Below are positions 10,114 to 18,512 of a DNA stretch of 41,041 bases, one piece after another. The notes beneath the pieces are model-generated. The model was not told the DNA's origin. It did no database searches and saw only the letters and a program-made list of their open reading frames with translations. Numbering within the stretch: position 1 is the first letter of the stretch; the number at the start of each line of letters is the position of its first letter. Where the stretch lies: the NCBI GenBank assembly GCA_038279365.1, contig JAYODI010000054.1, positions 1 through 41,041 of the forward strand. Reading direction: 5' to 3'. The stretch comes from Candidatus Latescibacterota bacterium. GTDB taxonomy: Bacteria > Latescibacterota > UBA2968. The position numbers and the translations under genes were made by a program.

Positions 10114-11208
10114 TTAGAATGCAGATTGCACCGACCATTGAAGCCGAAGGTCGTTGGCGATGCGGGCATTGTTGGGTGATGGGTTGCGGTATTTTGTTTG
10201 CCAGTGTGAAATTTCAAAACCAAACTGGGTATTTGATGACAAGGCATAAGTAACCAAGCCAAATTCAAATGCATTTTGAGAACGGATATCGGGGAGGTTG
10301 GCGAGATAGTTTTTTTCTTCGTCACATAAATCGTCTAAACCACCACCCAAAGAAAATGCCAGTGGGCCATTGGGATCATATGTCAGATTGATCCAACCGC
10401 CTCTGCTTTTGAGTTCGTTGACACAATCGTGATGGGAAATGGCACCATAATAGGCGGCTGTATTCACTCCTGTATAAGCCTCTCCCAAGAGGGTTATTTG
10501 AGAGGAGAGGTCAAACTTGCCGTCTATATTGATGGACCACGTAGCATATTCTTCTTGGGCTGTACCGGGGGCATTGAGGAGGCCGTAATGGGCAGATGCA
10601 CCAATGGCAAACTTAGAAAATTGCAACGCCGTGCGCGTTTGGATGGTAGGAACCCCAGAAGCATCGCCATCTGGGATGGCATCGGCGTTTAAGTCGGAAC
10701 TTAAACTGCGGGTGATACCAAGGGCAAATGTGTAGGGCATTTGGGTGATAAAAATGGCCAATTGGGGGCGTCGATAGCCAATGTTGCCTGCACCATATCC
10801 AACTGTATAATTGGTGGAAGTGGGATTTAAGGGGGCTATGAGGTCTATGGCTTGACCTGCTCGGAGCATGGTTGGCCCCAGGGGGATGTCTACATAGGCT
10901 TTGCGAAGGGCGAGGCTGTTTTTGTTTTCGGTGCCGCCTCCGTAGAAGTCTATTTCTATTATGCCTTTTGTTTTGTCGCGCATAAGCTGGACGCCCAGGC
11001 GCGTTTGACGGGCGGTGAAGCTTAGTGTGTGTGCGCTTTTTTGTTGTGATTGGGGTTCCACATACATAATGAAATTGCCATGACTTGAGAGGTGGTTGTC
11101 GTAGGCGATGTCGAGTTTCAGGTATCCATAAATGCTGGTTTGTAGCTCTTGCGCATGGATATTTGCAAAGACCAATATGGCCACAATAGAAAAAATGATG
11201 TGTTTCAG
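10114..11208 (-). CDS. DcaP-like outer-membrane porin
   Basis: IYGYLKLD, ARQTRLG, IEIDF, LRKAY, AGQ, YRRPQ motifs; terminal Phe; best signal peptide starts at CTG 11208 (ORF track uses GTG 11184). Confidence 0.75.
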   Translation of the reverse strand: MKHIIFSIVAILVFANIHAQELQTSIYGYLKLDIAYDNHLSSHGNFIMYVEPQSQQKSAHTLSFTARQTRLGVQLMRDKTKGIIEIDFYGGGTENKNSLALRKAYVDIPLGPTMLRAGQAIDLIAPLNPTSTNYTVGYGAGNIGYRRPQLAIFITQMPYTFALGITRSLSSDLNADAIPDGDASGVPTIQTRTALQFSKFAIGASAHYGLLNAPGTAQEEYATWSINIDGKFDLSSQITLLGEAYTGVNTAAYYGAISHHDCVNELKSRGGWINLTYDPNGPLAFSLGGGLDDLCDEEKNYLANLPDIRSQNAFEFGLVTYALSSNTQFGFEISHWQTKYRNPSPNNARIANDLRLQWSVQSAF

Positions 11209-11217
11209 GGTAGGCCT

Positions 11218-12597
11218 CTATGCTGTTTTTATTTTGGATGAAAACGACAAATTGGGTTCCGCTATGCTGTTTGTAGCACTTTGTGCGCGTGCAAGGCCCC
11301 AAACCACAATGGCGCAAGCTGCTGCGATAAAACATAAGATGCCAGCAAAAACAAACGCCATGATGTATTGTTTGGTGATGTCAAATAAGACCCCACCCAC
11401 CACTGGCCCCAAGATGCCTGCAACGCCATATGCCGTAAAAATCCACCCGTAGTTCATACCCAAATTTTTGGGACCAAAATAATCGGCCGTGGCTGAGGGG
11501 AAGAGTGCAAAATTGCCACCAAAATTGAGCCCTACCCACGCAGATGCTAAGAAGATGGCCAAATGGGATTCGACACTCACCAAGACCATAAAGGCCATGC
11601 CTTGTGCCAAAAACATAATCATCATGGCGCGAGGGCGGTCTATCAAGTCACTGACTTTGCCCCAGAAAATACGACCCAGCGCATTGAATATGGCCAAAAT
11701 GCCAACAGGTTCAATAAATCGACCAAAACCACCCATCCAGGCAGGGGCAAAGGTTTTGCCTTGAAGAATGGCACCCATCATGGGTTTCCATTGTCCAATA
11801 GCCATAAGCCCAGATGTGGCTCCAAATATAAATGTCAACCAAAGCATACACGCCAAGGGTGTGTTGAGCATTTCTCTGTAGGTGAAGTCGGCTTGTTTGT
11901 TAAAATCATTTTGAGGAGGCGTCCATCCGGGAGGTGTCCATCCGGGGGGTGGGTTTTTGAGGAGACTGGCTCCCAAAATGACAGCGATGGCGCAGACAAG
12001 GCCGTGGAGGATAAAGAAGGATTGCCAACCAATGCCAAACCCCGAACCTTGATACACACCCAAACCTACGAGCAATATTTGAGATAAGCCCATGGCTTCG
12101 TCTCCTTCGCCTGGGGGGAGAAGGAGGGTGGATGCTGGGCCAGCAAAAAAGAGTGCGCCGGCTCCAAAACCTGCTACTGCCAGACCAGTGATGAGGCCTT
12201 TTTTGTCAGGAAACCATTTAACGGATGCGGCAATGGGGCAAACATAGGCAAATCCAATACCTGCTCCTCCCAAGATGCCATAGGTAACATATAAGGCCCA
12301 AGGGCGGTCTGCTGAAATGAGAAATGCACCCAAAAGGAAGGACAAGCCCAAAAGCCCTCCTCCAATGGAGGCTACAATACGTGGGCCTAAGCGATCTTGC
12401 AGCCGACCTGCCGGTATCATGGTGAGGGCAAAAGTGGCCAATGCGAAAGAAAAAGCCCATTGGGTGGTTGCCCGATCCCATCCAAACTCCAATTGCAAAG
12501 GTTTGATAAAAACACTAAACGCATAGACCGTACCTAAGATGATTTGTACGATGAGGGCACCTGCCACAATCTTCCATCGATTTGTTTGGTGTGTCAT
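11218..12597 (-). CDS. OFA-family MFS transporter (oxalate:formate antiporter / L-lactate transporter-like)
   Basis: LGTVYAFSVF, AGRLQDRLGPR, KWFPDKKGLITGLAVAGFGAG, GRIFWGKVSD, GGNFALFP..TADYFGPKNLG.NYG. Confidence 0.9.
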   Translation of the reverse strand: MTHQTNRWKIVAGALIVQIILGTVYAFSVFIKPLQLEFGWDRATTQWAFSFALATFALTMIPAGRLQDRLGPRIVASIGGGLLGLSFLLGAFLISADRPWALYVTYGILGGAGIGFAYVCPIAASVKWFPDKKGLITGLAVAGFGAGALFFAGPASTLLLPPGEGDEAMGLSQILLVGLGVYQGSGFGIGWQSFFILHGLVCAIAVILGASLLKNPPPGWTPPGWTPPQNDFNKQADFTYREMLNTPLACMLWLTFIFGATSGLMAIGQWKPMMGAILQGKTFAPAWMGGFGRFIEPVGILAIFNALGRIFWGKVSDLIDRPRAMMIMFLAQGMAFMVLVSVESHLAIFLASAWVGLNFGGNFALFPSATADYFGPKNLGMNYGWIFTAYGVAGILGPVVGGVLFDITKQYIMAFVFAGILCFIAAACAIVVWGLARAQSATNSIAEPNLSFSSKIKTA

Positions 12598-12654
12598 ACC
12601 GTTGTACTTTCTTTTTAGAAAAGCATTCGGCCTGAAGTTATTAATATTGATTTA

Positions 12655-12670
12655 TACAAGAAACGTGCCA
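12655..12670 (-). promoter_or_regulatory. sigma-54 (-24/-12) promoter for MFS-porin
   Basis: Minus strand TGGCAC-GTTTC-TTGTA, about 60 nt upstream of the MFS start; one mismatch at -12. Confidence 0.65.
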
Positions 12671-12777
12671 ACGGCTCTTATTTTTTATGGGGAGCCGTAT
12701 CCACGCTTAAGTGTTAATTTATTAGTTTATTTGCATATTTTTTCTGTTTCAGTATTAGAATTGTTACTTTTGATTGT

Positions 12778-12816
12778 GAGGCAGGATTGCCACCTGTGTT
12801 GAGACAGAAATGTCTC
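12778..12816. promoter_or_regulatory. Tandem dyad sites, candidate enhancer (UAS) for a sigma-54 activator
   Basis: GAGGCA-GGAT-TGCCAC and GAGACA-GAAA-TGTCTC between divergent -24/-12 promoters. Confidence 0.5.
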
Positions 12817-12867
12817 TTTTCATTCTGTGAGTGGAGAATTTGGTCGTAAAATGTGGTGTTATTGAAA

Positions 12868-12883
12868 AGGCACGGAACTTGCT
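12868..12883 (+). promoter_or_regulatory. sigma-54 (-24/-12) promoter for the radical SAM operon
   Basis: AGGCAC-GGAAC-TTGCT. Confidence 0.7.
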
Positions 12884-12939
12884 CAAGTGATTTGTTGTGC
12901 GTGTTATTGATCATTTTACCTTTTGCTTGGATATTCGCG

Positions 12940-13137
12940 ATGATGGGTTCAAAACTTTTTCACGATCAGCAGATTGCCGCTGGTGAACATGTGCGTATCT
13001 GGCAAAGAGAAGATGGCAATTTGTTTGAGCATCTGTTTCCAACTGGGCGTAGCATTAGCATTCATTGTAGAACATTGGATGAAGCACGGTCATTGATGGC
13101 CCAATTTGTTCAAAATGACTCAAAAGCGGAGTCTTAA
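12940..13137 (+). CDS. Small hypothetical protein (65 aa)
   Basis: First ATG ORF downstream of the sigma-54 promoter; globular-looking sequence; weak SD. Confidence 0.45.
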   Translation: MMGSKLFHDQQIAAGEHVRIWQREDGNLFEHLFPTGRSISIHCRTLDEARSLMAQFVQNDSKAES

Positions 13138-13177
13138 TTTCCATTGTTTGAGTCGATATATCAAGAGAGGATCCGCC

Positions 13178-14257
13178 ATGAAACGCTTTGATTTGCGGTT
13201 GTTGTTTTGGGAAACCACTGTTGGGTGCAATTTGAGATGTGCGCATTGCCGTGCTTCGGCAGAACCTGGGCGTTCTCCAAACGAAATGAATACCCAACAA
13301 GCGTTGAAATTTGTGGATGATATTGCTGCTTTTGCCAAGCCGATTCTTGTGCTCAGTGGCGGAGAACCTCTTTATAGACCCGACATTTTAGATATTGCCA
13401 AACATGCTTCATCGCGTGGCTTGCAGGTGGCTTTGGCGACCAATGGGACACTGGTTGACCAAAAAATGGCCCACGCCATTCACAACGCTGGTATTTCTCG
13501 TGTGAGCATTAGTATTGATGGGGTGAACAATGCTATGCATGATGCTTTTAGGGGGGTGCCGGGGGCTTATGAAGCCGCTTTGGATGGGGCTGCTTTTTTG
13601 CGTCGCGAAGGTGTGGGGGTGCAATTTAATACCACTGTGACCAAACACAATATTGACTCGTTGCCGCAAATTGTGGCCTTGGCTGAGCGTGAAAAAGCGG
13701 TGGCCTTGCATCTGTTTTTGTTGGTGCCAGTTGGATGTGGTTTGGAAGTGGCTGAAACGGATCAAATTTCGCCTGAAGAATATGAAGATGTACTCAATTG
13801 GTTTTATCAAAAGTCTCGCGAGACAAAAATGGAAATGCGGGCAACGTGTGCGCCACATTATTATCGCATTATCAGGCAACGGGCACGAGAAGAAGGCCGA
13901 AAAGTGACTCTGCAAACAGATGGTATGGCGGCAATGACAAAAGGGTGCTTGGCGGGGACAGGTGTGTGTTTTGTGTCTTATACGGGAGATGTTTACCCGT
14001 GTGGTTACTTTCCTGTTTCGGCTGGCAATGTGCTCAATGAGTCGATTTCCGATATTTGGGCTGATGCCCCATTGTTTCAAGAATTGCGTGATACAGATAA
14101 TTTGGAAGGAAAGTGCGGTGGGTGTGAATATCGCAATGTGTGTGGTGGGTGCCGAGCCCGAGCATATGGCATGACGGGCAATTATTTGGGGGAAGAACCA
14201 TTTTGTGTTCATGAACCTGTTATGATACAGCGGGCATCTGAGGCTGTTGGCGTTTAA
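13178..14257 (+). CDS. Radical SAM/SPASM protein, AhbD (heme b synthase)/NirJ-like
   Basis: WETTVGCNLRCAHCRA, LSGGEPL, TCAPHYYRI, GCLAG, SPASM cysteines CGGCEY..VCGGCRARA...EEPFC; SD GAGAGG. Confidence 0.85.
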   Translation: MKRFDLRLLFWETTVGCNLRCAHCRASAEPGRSPNEMNTQQALKFVDDIAAFAKPILVLSGGEPLYRPDILDIAKHASSRGLQVALATNGTLVDQKMAHAIHNAGISRVSISIDGVNNAMHDAFRGVPGAYEAALDGAAFLRREGVGVQFNTTVTKHNIDSLPQIVALAEREKAVALHLFLLVPVGCGLEVAETDQISPEEYEDVLNWFYQKSRETKMEMRATCAPHYYRIIRQRAREEGRKVTLQTDGMAAMTKGCLAGTGVCFVSYTGDVYPCGYFPVSAGNVLNESISDIWADAPLFQELRDTDNLEGKCGGCEYRNVCGGCRARAYGMTGNYLGEEPFCVHEPVMIQRASEAVGV

Positions 14258-14271
14258 GGGAGGTGAGTGAA

Positions 14272-14376
14272 ATGATGTCGTTTCTTGTTCGAACGGTTTG
14301 TGTGCTGGGTTTGGCAGGTATTTTGATGTTGCCTTTGTTGTTGCTCATGCAATCGGGTGTGTTGCATGTTATGTGA
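14272..14376 (+). CDS. 34-aa single-TM small protein (not in ORF track)
   Basis: Strong SD GGGAGGTGA; MMSFLVRTVCVLGLAGILMLPLLLLMQSGVLHVM*; stop overlaps the next gene start. Confidence 0.55.
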   Translation: MMSFLVRTVCVLGLAGILMLPLLLLMQSGVLHVM

Positions 14377-15541
14377 AGCTCAGGTGCGGGTGCGCCCGCA
14401 CGTGATCAATGTGTCTTTGGACACCAGCCATGTCTATACTTTTGAACCATCGGGGCGGTTGCATGCGGCATTTATGCGTGGCAGACATTATCGACGGGCA
14501 TTAGACAATCGCATTTTAGAATCATGGCGGGTTGGTTTTCGGGGAATGGGTGGTTTGCGCCAAAGATGGATTTGTGGTGATGAGGCGGTGGATATGCTTG
14601 ATGGTATTCACCGCCAAGTGGCCATGGTGGCATCGCATCATTTGAGTGACAAACAACATCATGCAATTTCCCGTATTGGCCATTGGACATCCGATGTCTA
14701 TTTGCAGGATGTGGGTTTTTTCCAGCAGGTTTATAGGCCGATTGGTATTTTGCCTCCCGACCAATATCTCTCAGTTGTTGTTCAGGCAACTGAAGGGTGT
14801 TCCTGGAATCGATGTCGCTTTTGTGATTTTTATCAAGGTCAATCCTTTCGTATTCGCCCGTTAGATGAGTTAGATGCTCATGTGAAAGGTGTTCGTCAGT
14901 TTTGGGGAGATGGGATTGGTTTGAGGCGGTCTATCTTTTTAGGCGATGGCAATGCATTATCGGTTTCTTGGTCGGCTATTTTGGATATGTTTCGTTGTCT
15001 TCAGTCTCATTTTCCAGAAAAGGGATTCGGCCCATCGTGGCGAGAAACCTATGCATTTGTTGATACATGGGGGGGGCGTCGATTAAGCATTGAGCAAATA
15101 AAGACATTGCGGTCTATGGGCTTGAAACGTGTGTATCTGGGTTTGGAAACGGGACATGATGCCTTGCTTAAAAAAGTGAATAAACGAGGGTCTGCGGCTT
15201 TGGCTTGTGATGTGATTCGGCGTTTCAAAGCCGCTGGTGTTTCGGTGGGGGTGATTGTGATGTTGGGCATTGGGGGAAAGGCATTTGCCCAAGATCATGT
15301 ATGGGATACGGTAGCAGTGATCAACGAGATGGGGTTGGGGATGGGCGATATGGTTTATTTTTCGCCATTGGTGGTTTCTTCCCATTTGCCTTATGCCCAA
15401 GATATGTGGGCGGCCAATATTGAGCCACTTTGTGACACTGACCTGGCAGATCAATATGAGCAATTGGTGATGGGTTTACACTTTGATAAAGTGGCCAAAC
15501 CCAAGATGGCGATGTATAATATCAAGCGCTTTGTATATTAA
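14366..15541 (+). CDS. Radical SAM protein, uncharacterised
   Basis: YRPIGILPPDQY, QATEGCSWNRCRFC, IFLGDGNAL, RVYLGLETG; start uncertain. Confidence 0.85.
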   Translation: MLCEAQVRVRPHVINVSLDTSHVYTFEPSGRLHAAFMRGRHYRRALDNRILESWRVGFRGMGGLRQRWICGDEAVDMLDGIHRQVAMVASHHLSDKQHHAISRIGHWTSDVYLQDVGFFQQVYRPIGILPPDQYLSVVVQATEGCSWNRCRFCDFYQGQSFRIRPLDELDAHVKGVRQFWGDGIGLRRSIFLGDGNALSVSWSAILDMFRCLQSHFPEKGFGPSWRETYAFVDTWGGRRLSIEQIKTLRSMGLKRVYLGLETGHDALLKKVNKRGSAALACDVIRRFKAAGVSVGVIVMLGIGGKAFAQDHVWDTVAVINEMGLGMGDMVYFSPLVVSSHLPYAQDMWAANIEPLCDTDLADQYEQLVMGLHFDKVAKPKMAMYNIKRFVY

Positions 15542-15648
15542 AAAACTGCTTGACGGATGTGTATGAACACATTGTATTGGGGCGGGTGGGGGATTAACCT
15601 TACCTGTTTTTTTTGGTAAAGGCAAAGCAGTTTGTGAGGTTGTGAATT

Positions 15649-17019
15649 GTGAGCGATGAAATTCTTCAAAATCAGATCCAAAATTGCATTTCTCAACGCA
15701 AAAATTTGGAAGCAATCTTAAACAGTGTGACCGATGGCATTTTGGCTATTGATCCATTGTTTCGGATTGTGAACCTAAATTATGCGGCTGAGCAAATTAT
15801 AGGACAGAGTCGATCTGATATTTTGGGGCGGGCTTGTTCGGATGTGCTTACGCGTGCCGATGGTGAAACCAGTTGTTTTTTGCGGCCCATTATTGAAAGT
15901 GGGCGCATGGTAAAAGATGCCGAATTGATGGTTTTGCACCCCGATGGCAGTGAAAGGAAATTGAATATTACAACCCATGCCTTGCAAGATGATCGGGGAC
16001 ATTCGCAGGGGTTGGTGGCCATTTTTCGCGATCTCACAGAATTATACGCATTGCGAAAAGCCATCAGTTCACAGGTGCAATTTGAGCGTTTGGTGGGTAA
16101 AAATCACCGTATGCGTGAGATTTATCAGTTGATTGATGACATTGGTGAAAGTGATGCCACCATTCTCATATTGGGTGAAAGTGGTACGGGGAAAGAGTTG
16201 GTTGCCGAGGCGATTCACCGGCGAAGCCATCGGTCAAAAGGACCATTTGTAAAGGTGAATTGTTCGGCATTGTCTGAAGGGCTTTTGGAAAGCGAATTGT
16301 TTGGTCATGTCAAAGGGGCTTTTACGGGGGCGATACAAGACAAAATTGGGCGATTTGAGCTGGCAGATGGTGGCACCATTTTTTTGGATGAAATTGGCGA
16401 TATCAGCCCTGCAGTACAGGTAAAGCTGTTACGGGTTTTGCAAGAACGTGAGTTTGAGCGTGTGGGGAGCACTGAAACACGCCATGTCAATGTACGGGTG
16501 GTTGCTGCTACACACCGCGATTTGAAAGCGCGCATGGCAGACGGTTTGTTTCGAGACGATTTGTATTATCGGTTATATGTGGTACCAATTGAATTGCCTG
16601 CATTGAGAGAGCGCAAAGAAGATTTGCCGTTGTTGGTGAATCACTTTTTAGAAAAATTTAAACATGTGACACACAAACCGATTCGCGAAGTGTTGCCCGA
16701 TGCCATGAGGTTGATGATGGATTATAACTGGCCGGGCAATGTGCGCGAGTTGGAAAATGCCATTGAACATGCTTTTGTGAAATGCCACGGAGATGGTATT
16801 CGGGTTTCGGACTTGCCCTTGGGACTTGTTCGGGAAGTGCGAGGGGATTACCCCTTGATTGCAGATGAATCTCCCTTATCGGAAAAAGAACAGATGCTTT
16901 CTGTTTTGGAGCGAACGGGGTGGAATCGTTCTCGGGCCGCCCGGCTTTTGGGTATGCATCGCACAACCATTTGGCGCAAGATGAAAGAATATGGTATTGA
17001 TGTGCCAAAGTTGTCATAA
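15649..17019 (+). CDS. sigma-54-dependent activator (PAS + AAA+ + Fis-type HTH)
   Basis: PAS-like N-terminus, [32 protein letters not shown]-terminal HTH. Confidence 0.95.
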   Translation: MSDEILQNQIQNCISQRKNLEAILNSVTDGILAIDPLFRIVNLNYAAEQIIGQSRSDILGRACSDVLTRADGETSCFLRPIIESGRMVKDAELMVLHPDGSERKLNITTHALQDDRGHSQGLVAIFRDLTELYALRKAISSQVQFERLVGKNHRMREIYQLIDDIGESDATILILGESGTGKELVAEAIHRRSHRSKGPFVKVNCSALSEGLLESELFGHVKGAFTGAIQDKIGRFELADGGTIFLDEIGDISPAVQVKLLRVLQEREFERVGSTETRHVNVRVVAATHRDLKARMADGLFRDDLYYRLYVVPIELPALRERKEDLPLLVNHFLEKFKHVTHKPIREVLPDAMRLMMDYNWPGNVRELENAIEHAFVKCHGDGIRVSDLPLGLVREVRGDYPLIADESPLSEKEQMLSVLERTGWNRSRAARLLGMHRTTIWRKMKEYGIDVPKLS

Positions 17020-17040
17020 AAATCCAGTTGTTTCAAATGT

Positions 17041-17082
17041 AGGGGTGTTGCAACAAGTGTGTTGCAACACCCCTGTTTTTTT
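17041..17082 (+). terminator. Intrinsic terminator whose arms are TGTTGCAACA palindromes (possible enhancer)
   Basis: Perfect 15-bp stem AGGGGTGTTGCAACA-agtg-TGTTGCAACACCCCT plus T7. Confidence 0.75.
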
Positions 17083-17171
17083 GCATCAAGGCGATGGAGG
17101 GGGTATTGGAAGGGAGTTGTTTAAGTATTTGTTTTTAATTATTTTGAATGTTTTTGTTTTGCAAAGATAGT

Positions 17172-17187
17172 TGGCACGATGTTTGCG
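17172..17187 (+). promoter_or_regulatory. sigma-54 promoter for xdhC-like/DUF302 genes
   Basis: TGGCAC-GATGT-TTGCG, preceded by an AT-rich IHF-like tract (minus strand AAACAA-ATAC-TTA). Confidence 0.8.
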
Positions 17188-17225
17188 CCCCTTGTGTGCA
17201 ACAAATTTGGATCGTTGGGGGCAAA

Positions 17226-17840
17226 ATGGAATCGGATTTTGGGATTGTGCCGAAATTGTGGGAATGTGATATTGTTGCTAGCTTGGCACCTCTTGTTAAG
17301 ACCTTGGAGGAGAGACCACGGTTGTGTGTTTTTGGTGCAGGCCTTGTTGGACAAGCCATTTCGTATATTGCACCCCTGGCAGGTTTTCGCGTTTTGGTGG
17401 TGGATGATTGTGCAACCTTTGCCAGTCGAGAACATTTGCCCTATGTAGACGAAATAAAAGTGTGTCCATTTGAACAAGCTGTTGATGAAGTAGAAATGGA
17501 TCCCAAAACATTTGTTGCTATTATGACCCATAAACATCGATGGGACTGCCAAATTTTGGCAAAGGTGTTACGAAGGCCTATCGCTTATGTAGGCATGATG
17601 GGGAGTCGGGATAGAGTTGAACAGATTTTTAATGCACTTAAAAAGGATGGATTCACAGAATGTGAGTTGGGGCGGGTATGTGCGCCCATTGGGTTGGATA
17701 TTGGGGGCAATTCGCCTGGTGAAATAGCGATCAGTGTGGTGGCGCAAATGATACAAGTGTGGTATCGGCAAGTCCAATTGCTAAAAGCCCAATCAGAAAA
17801 TATGGGTTCTGTGCCTTGGGATGTTTTGTTACGTGGATGA
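17226..17840 (+). CDS. XdhC family protein, C-terminal Rossmann domain only
   Basis: VFGAGLVG, VVDD, IMTH.H..D, YVGMMGSR, APIGLDIGG.SP.EIAIS; start set to the first ATG after the sigma-54 promoter. Confidence 0.85.
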   Translation: MESDFGIVPKLWECDIVASLAPLVKTLEERPRLCVFGAGLVGQAISYIAPLAGFRVLVVDDCATFASREHLPYVDEIKVCPFEQAVDEVEMDPKTFVAIMTHKHRWDCQILAKVLRRPIAYVGMMGSRDRVEQIFNALKKDGFTECELGRVCAPIGLDIGGNSPGEIAISVVAQMIQVWYRQVQLLKAQSENMGSVPWDVLLRG

Positions 17841-17882
17841 ACAGTTGCTGAATAAACCTCTAAATTGGGAAGGTGTTCTAAA

Positions 17883-18266
17883 ATGGTTATTACTGTGCAA
17901 TCAAAAAAGAATATAGAGCAAGTATGTGAAGATTTGCAGGTGGCCATCACAAACAGAAAGTTTGGCGTGGTTGGTATGCATAATATGAAAGAGACAATGG
18001 CTAAAAAAGGGGTTTCGTTTGAACGGGAGTGCCGGATATTTGAAGTGTGTCATCCAGGCCATGCCAAGACTGTTTTGGAACAAAACATGGAAATATCTAC
18101 GGCTTTGCCTTGTCGTATTTCGGTATACGAAGATGATGGGAGTGTTGTTTTGGCCACTTTAAAACCTGCTTTGATGTTGCAGATGTTTGGTGGTGAAGGG
18201 TTGGATCAGGTGGCGCAAGAAGTGGAAACTGTTTTGTTGGAAAGTATGGAAGTTGCAGCAAAATAG
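17883..18266 (+). CDS. DUF302 domain protein
   Basis: FGVV..HN, IFEVCHP..A, STALPCRISVYE, LKP motifs. Confidence 0.85.
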   Translation: MVITVQSKKNIEQVCEDLQVAITNRKFGVVGMHNMKETMAKKGVSFERECRIFEVCHPGHAKTVLEQNMEISTALPCRISVYEDDGSVVLATLKPALMLQMFGGEGLDQVAQEVETVLLESMEVAAK

Positions 18267-18512
18267 GTTTTTATGTATTTCTATGGCGATGTGCGGGAAT
18301 AACTTAGGGGTTGCATCATGCCTGGTGAATTGCTCAGATGTGAGTATGGGGTGTGATTATTTCCGTTGTTGGAAATGGTGGTGAAAAAAATTCACTTGGG
18401 TGGTTTTGGTGATTTTATATGGGTGGTATGGCATCCGTAATTGATATGTGCCAAAGTGCATCCTAAGATTTTTGATGTAACAGTTGTTTTGAACTGGAAG
18501 GTGAGGTTGAAC

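Noticed and set aside
11918-11955. PPPGWTPPGWTPP tandem repeat
   Set aside because: Pro-rich central loop of the MFS; an ordinary coding repeat.
13409-14212. Long antisense ORFs (this 267-aa one and similar in the ORF track)
   Set aside because: Shadows of well-supported genes on the opposite strand, with no recognisable motifs.
14374-14401. TGA of the 34-aa ORF followed by hairpin GTGCGGG-TGCG-CCCGCAC as a second SECIS
   Set aside because: Stem starts only 7 nt after the TGA, lies within the next gene's coding frame, and read-through would overlap the rSAM for many codons.
18429-18445. TGGCATCCGTAATTGAT as a sigma-54 promoter for the pentaheme cytochrome
   Set aside because: The -12 element is one base out of register and lacks GC; sigma-54 spacing is strict.
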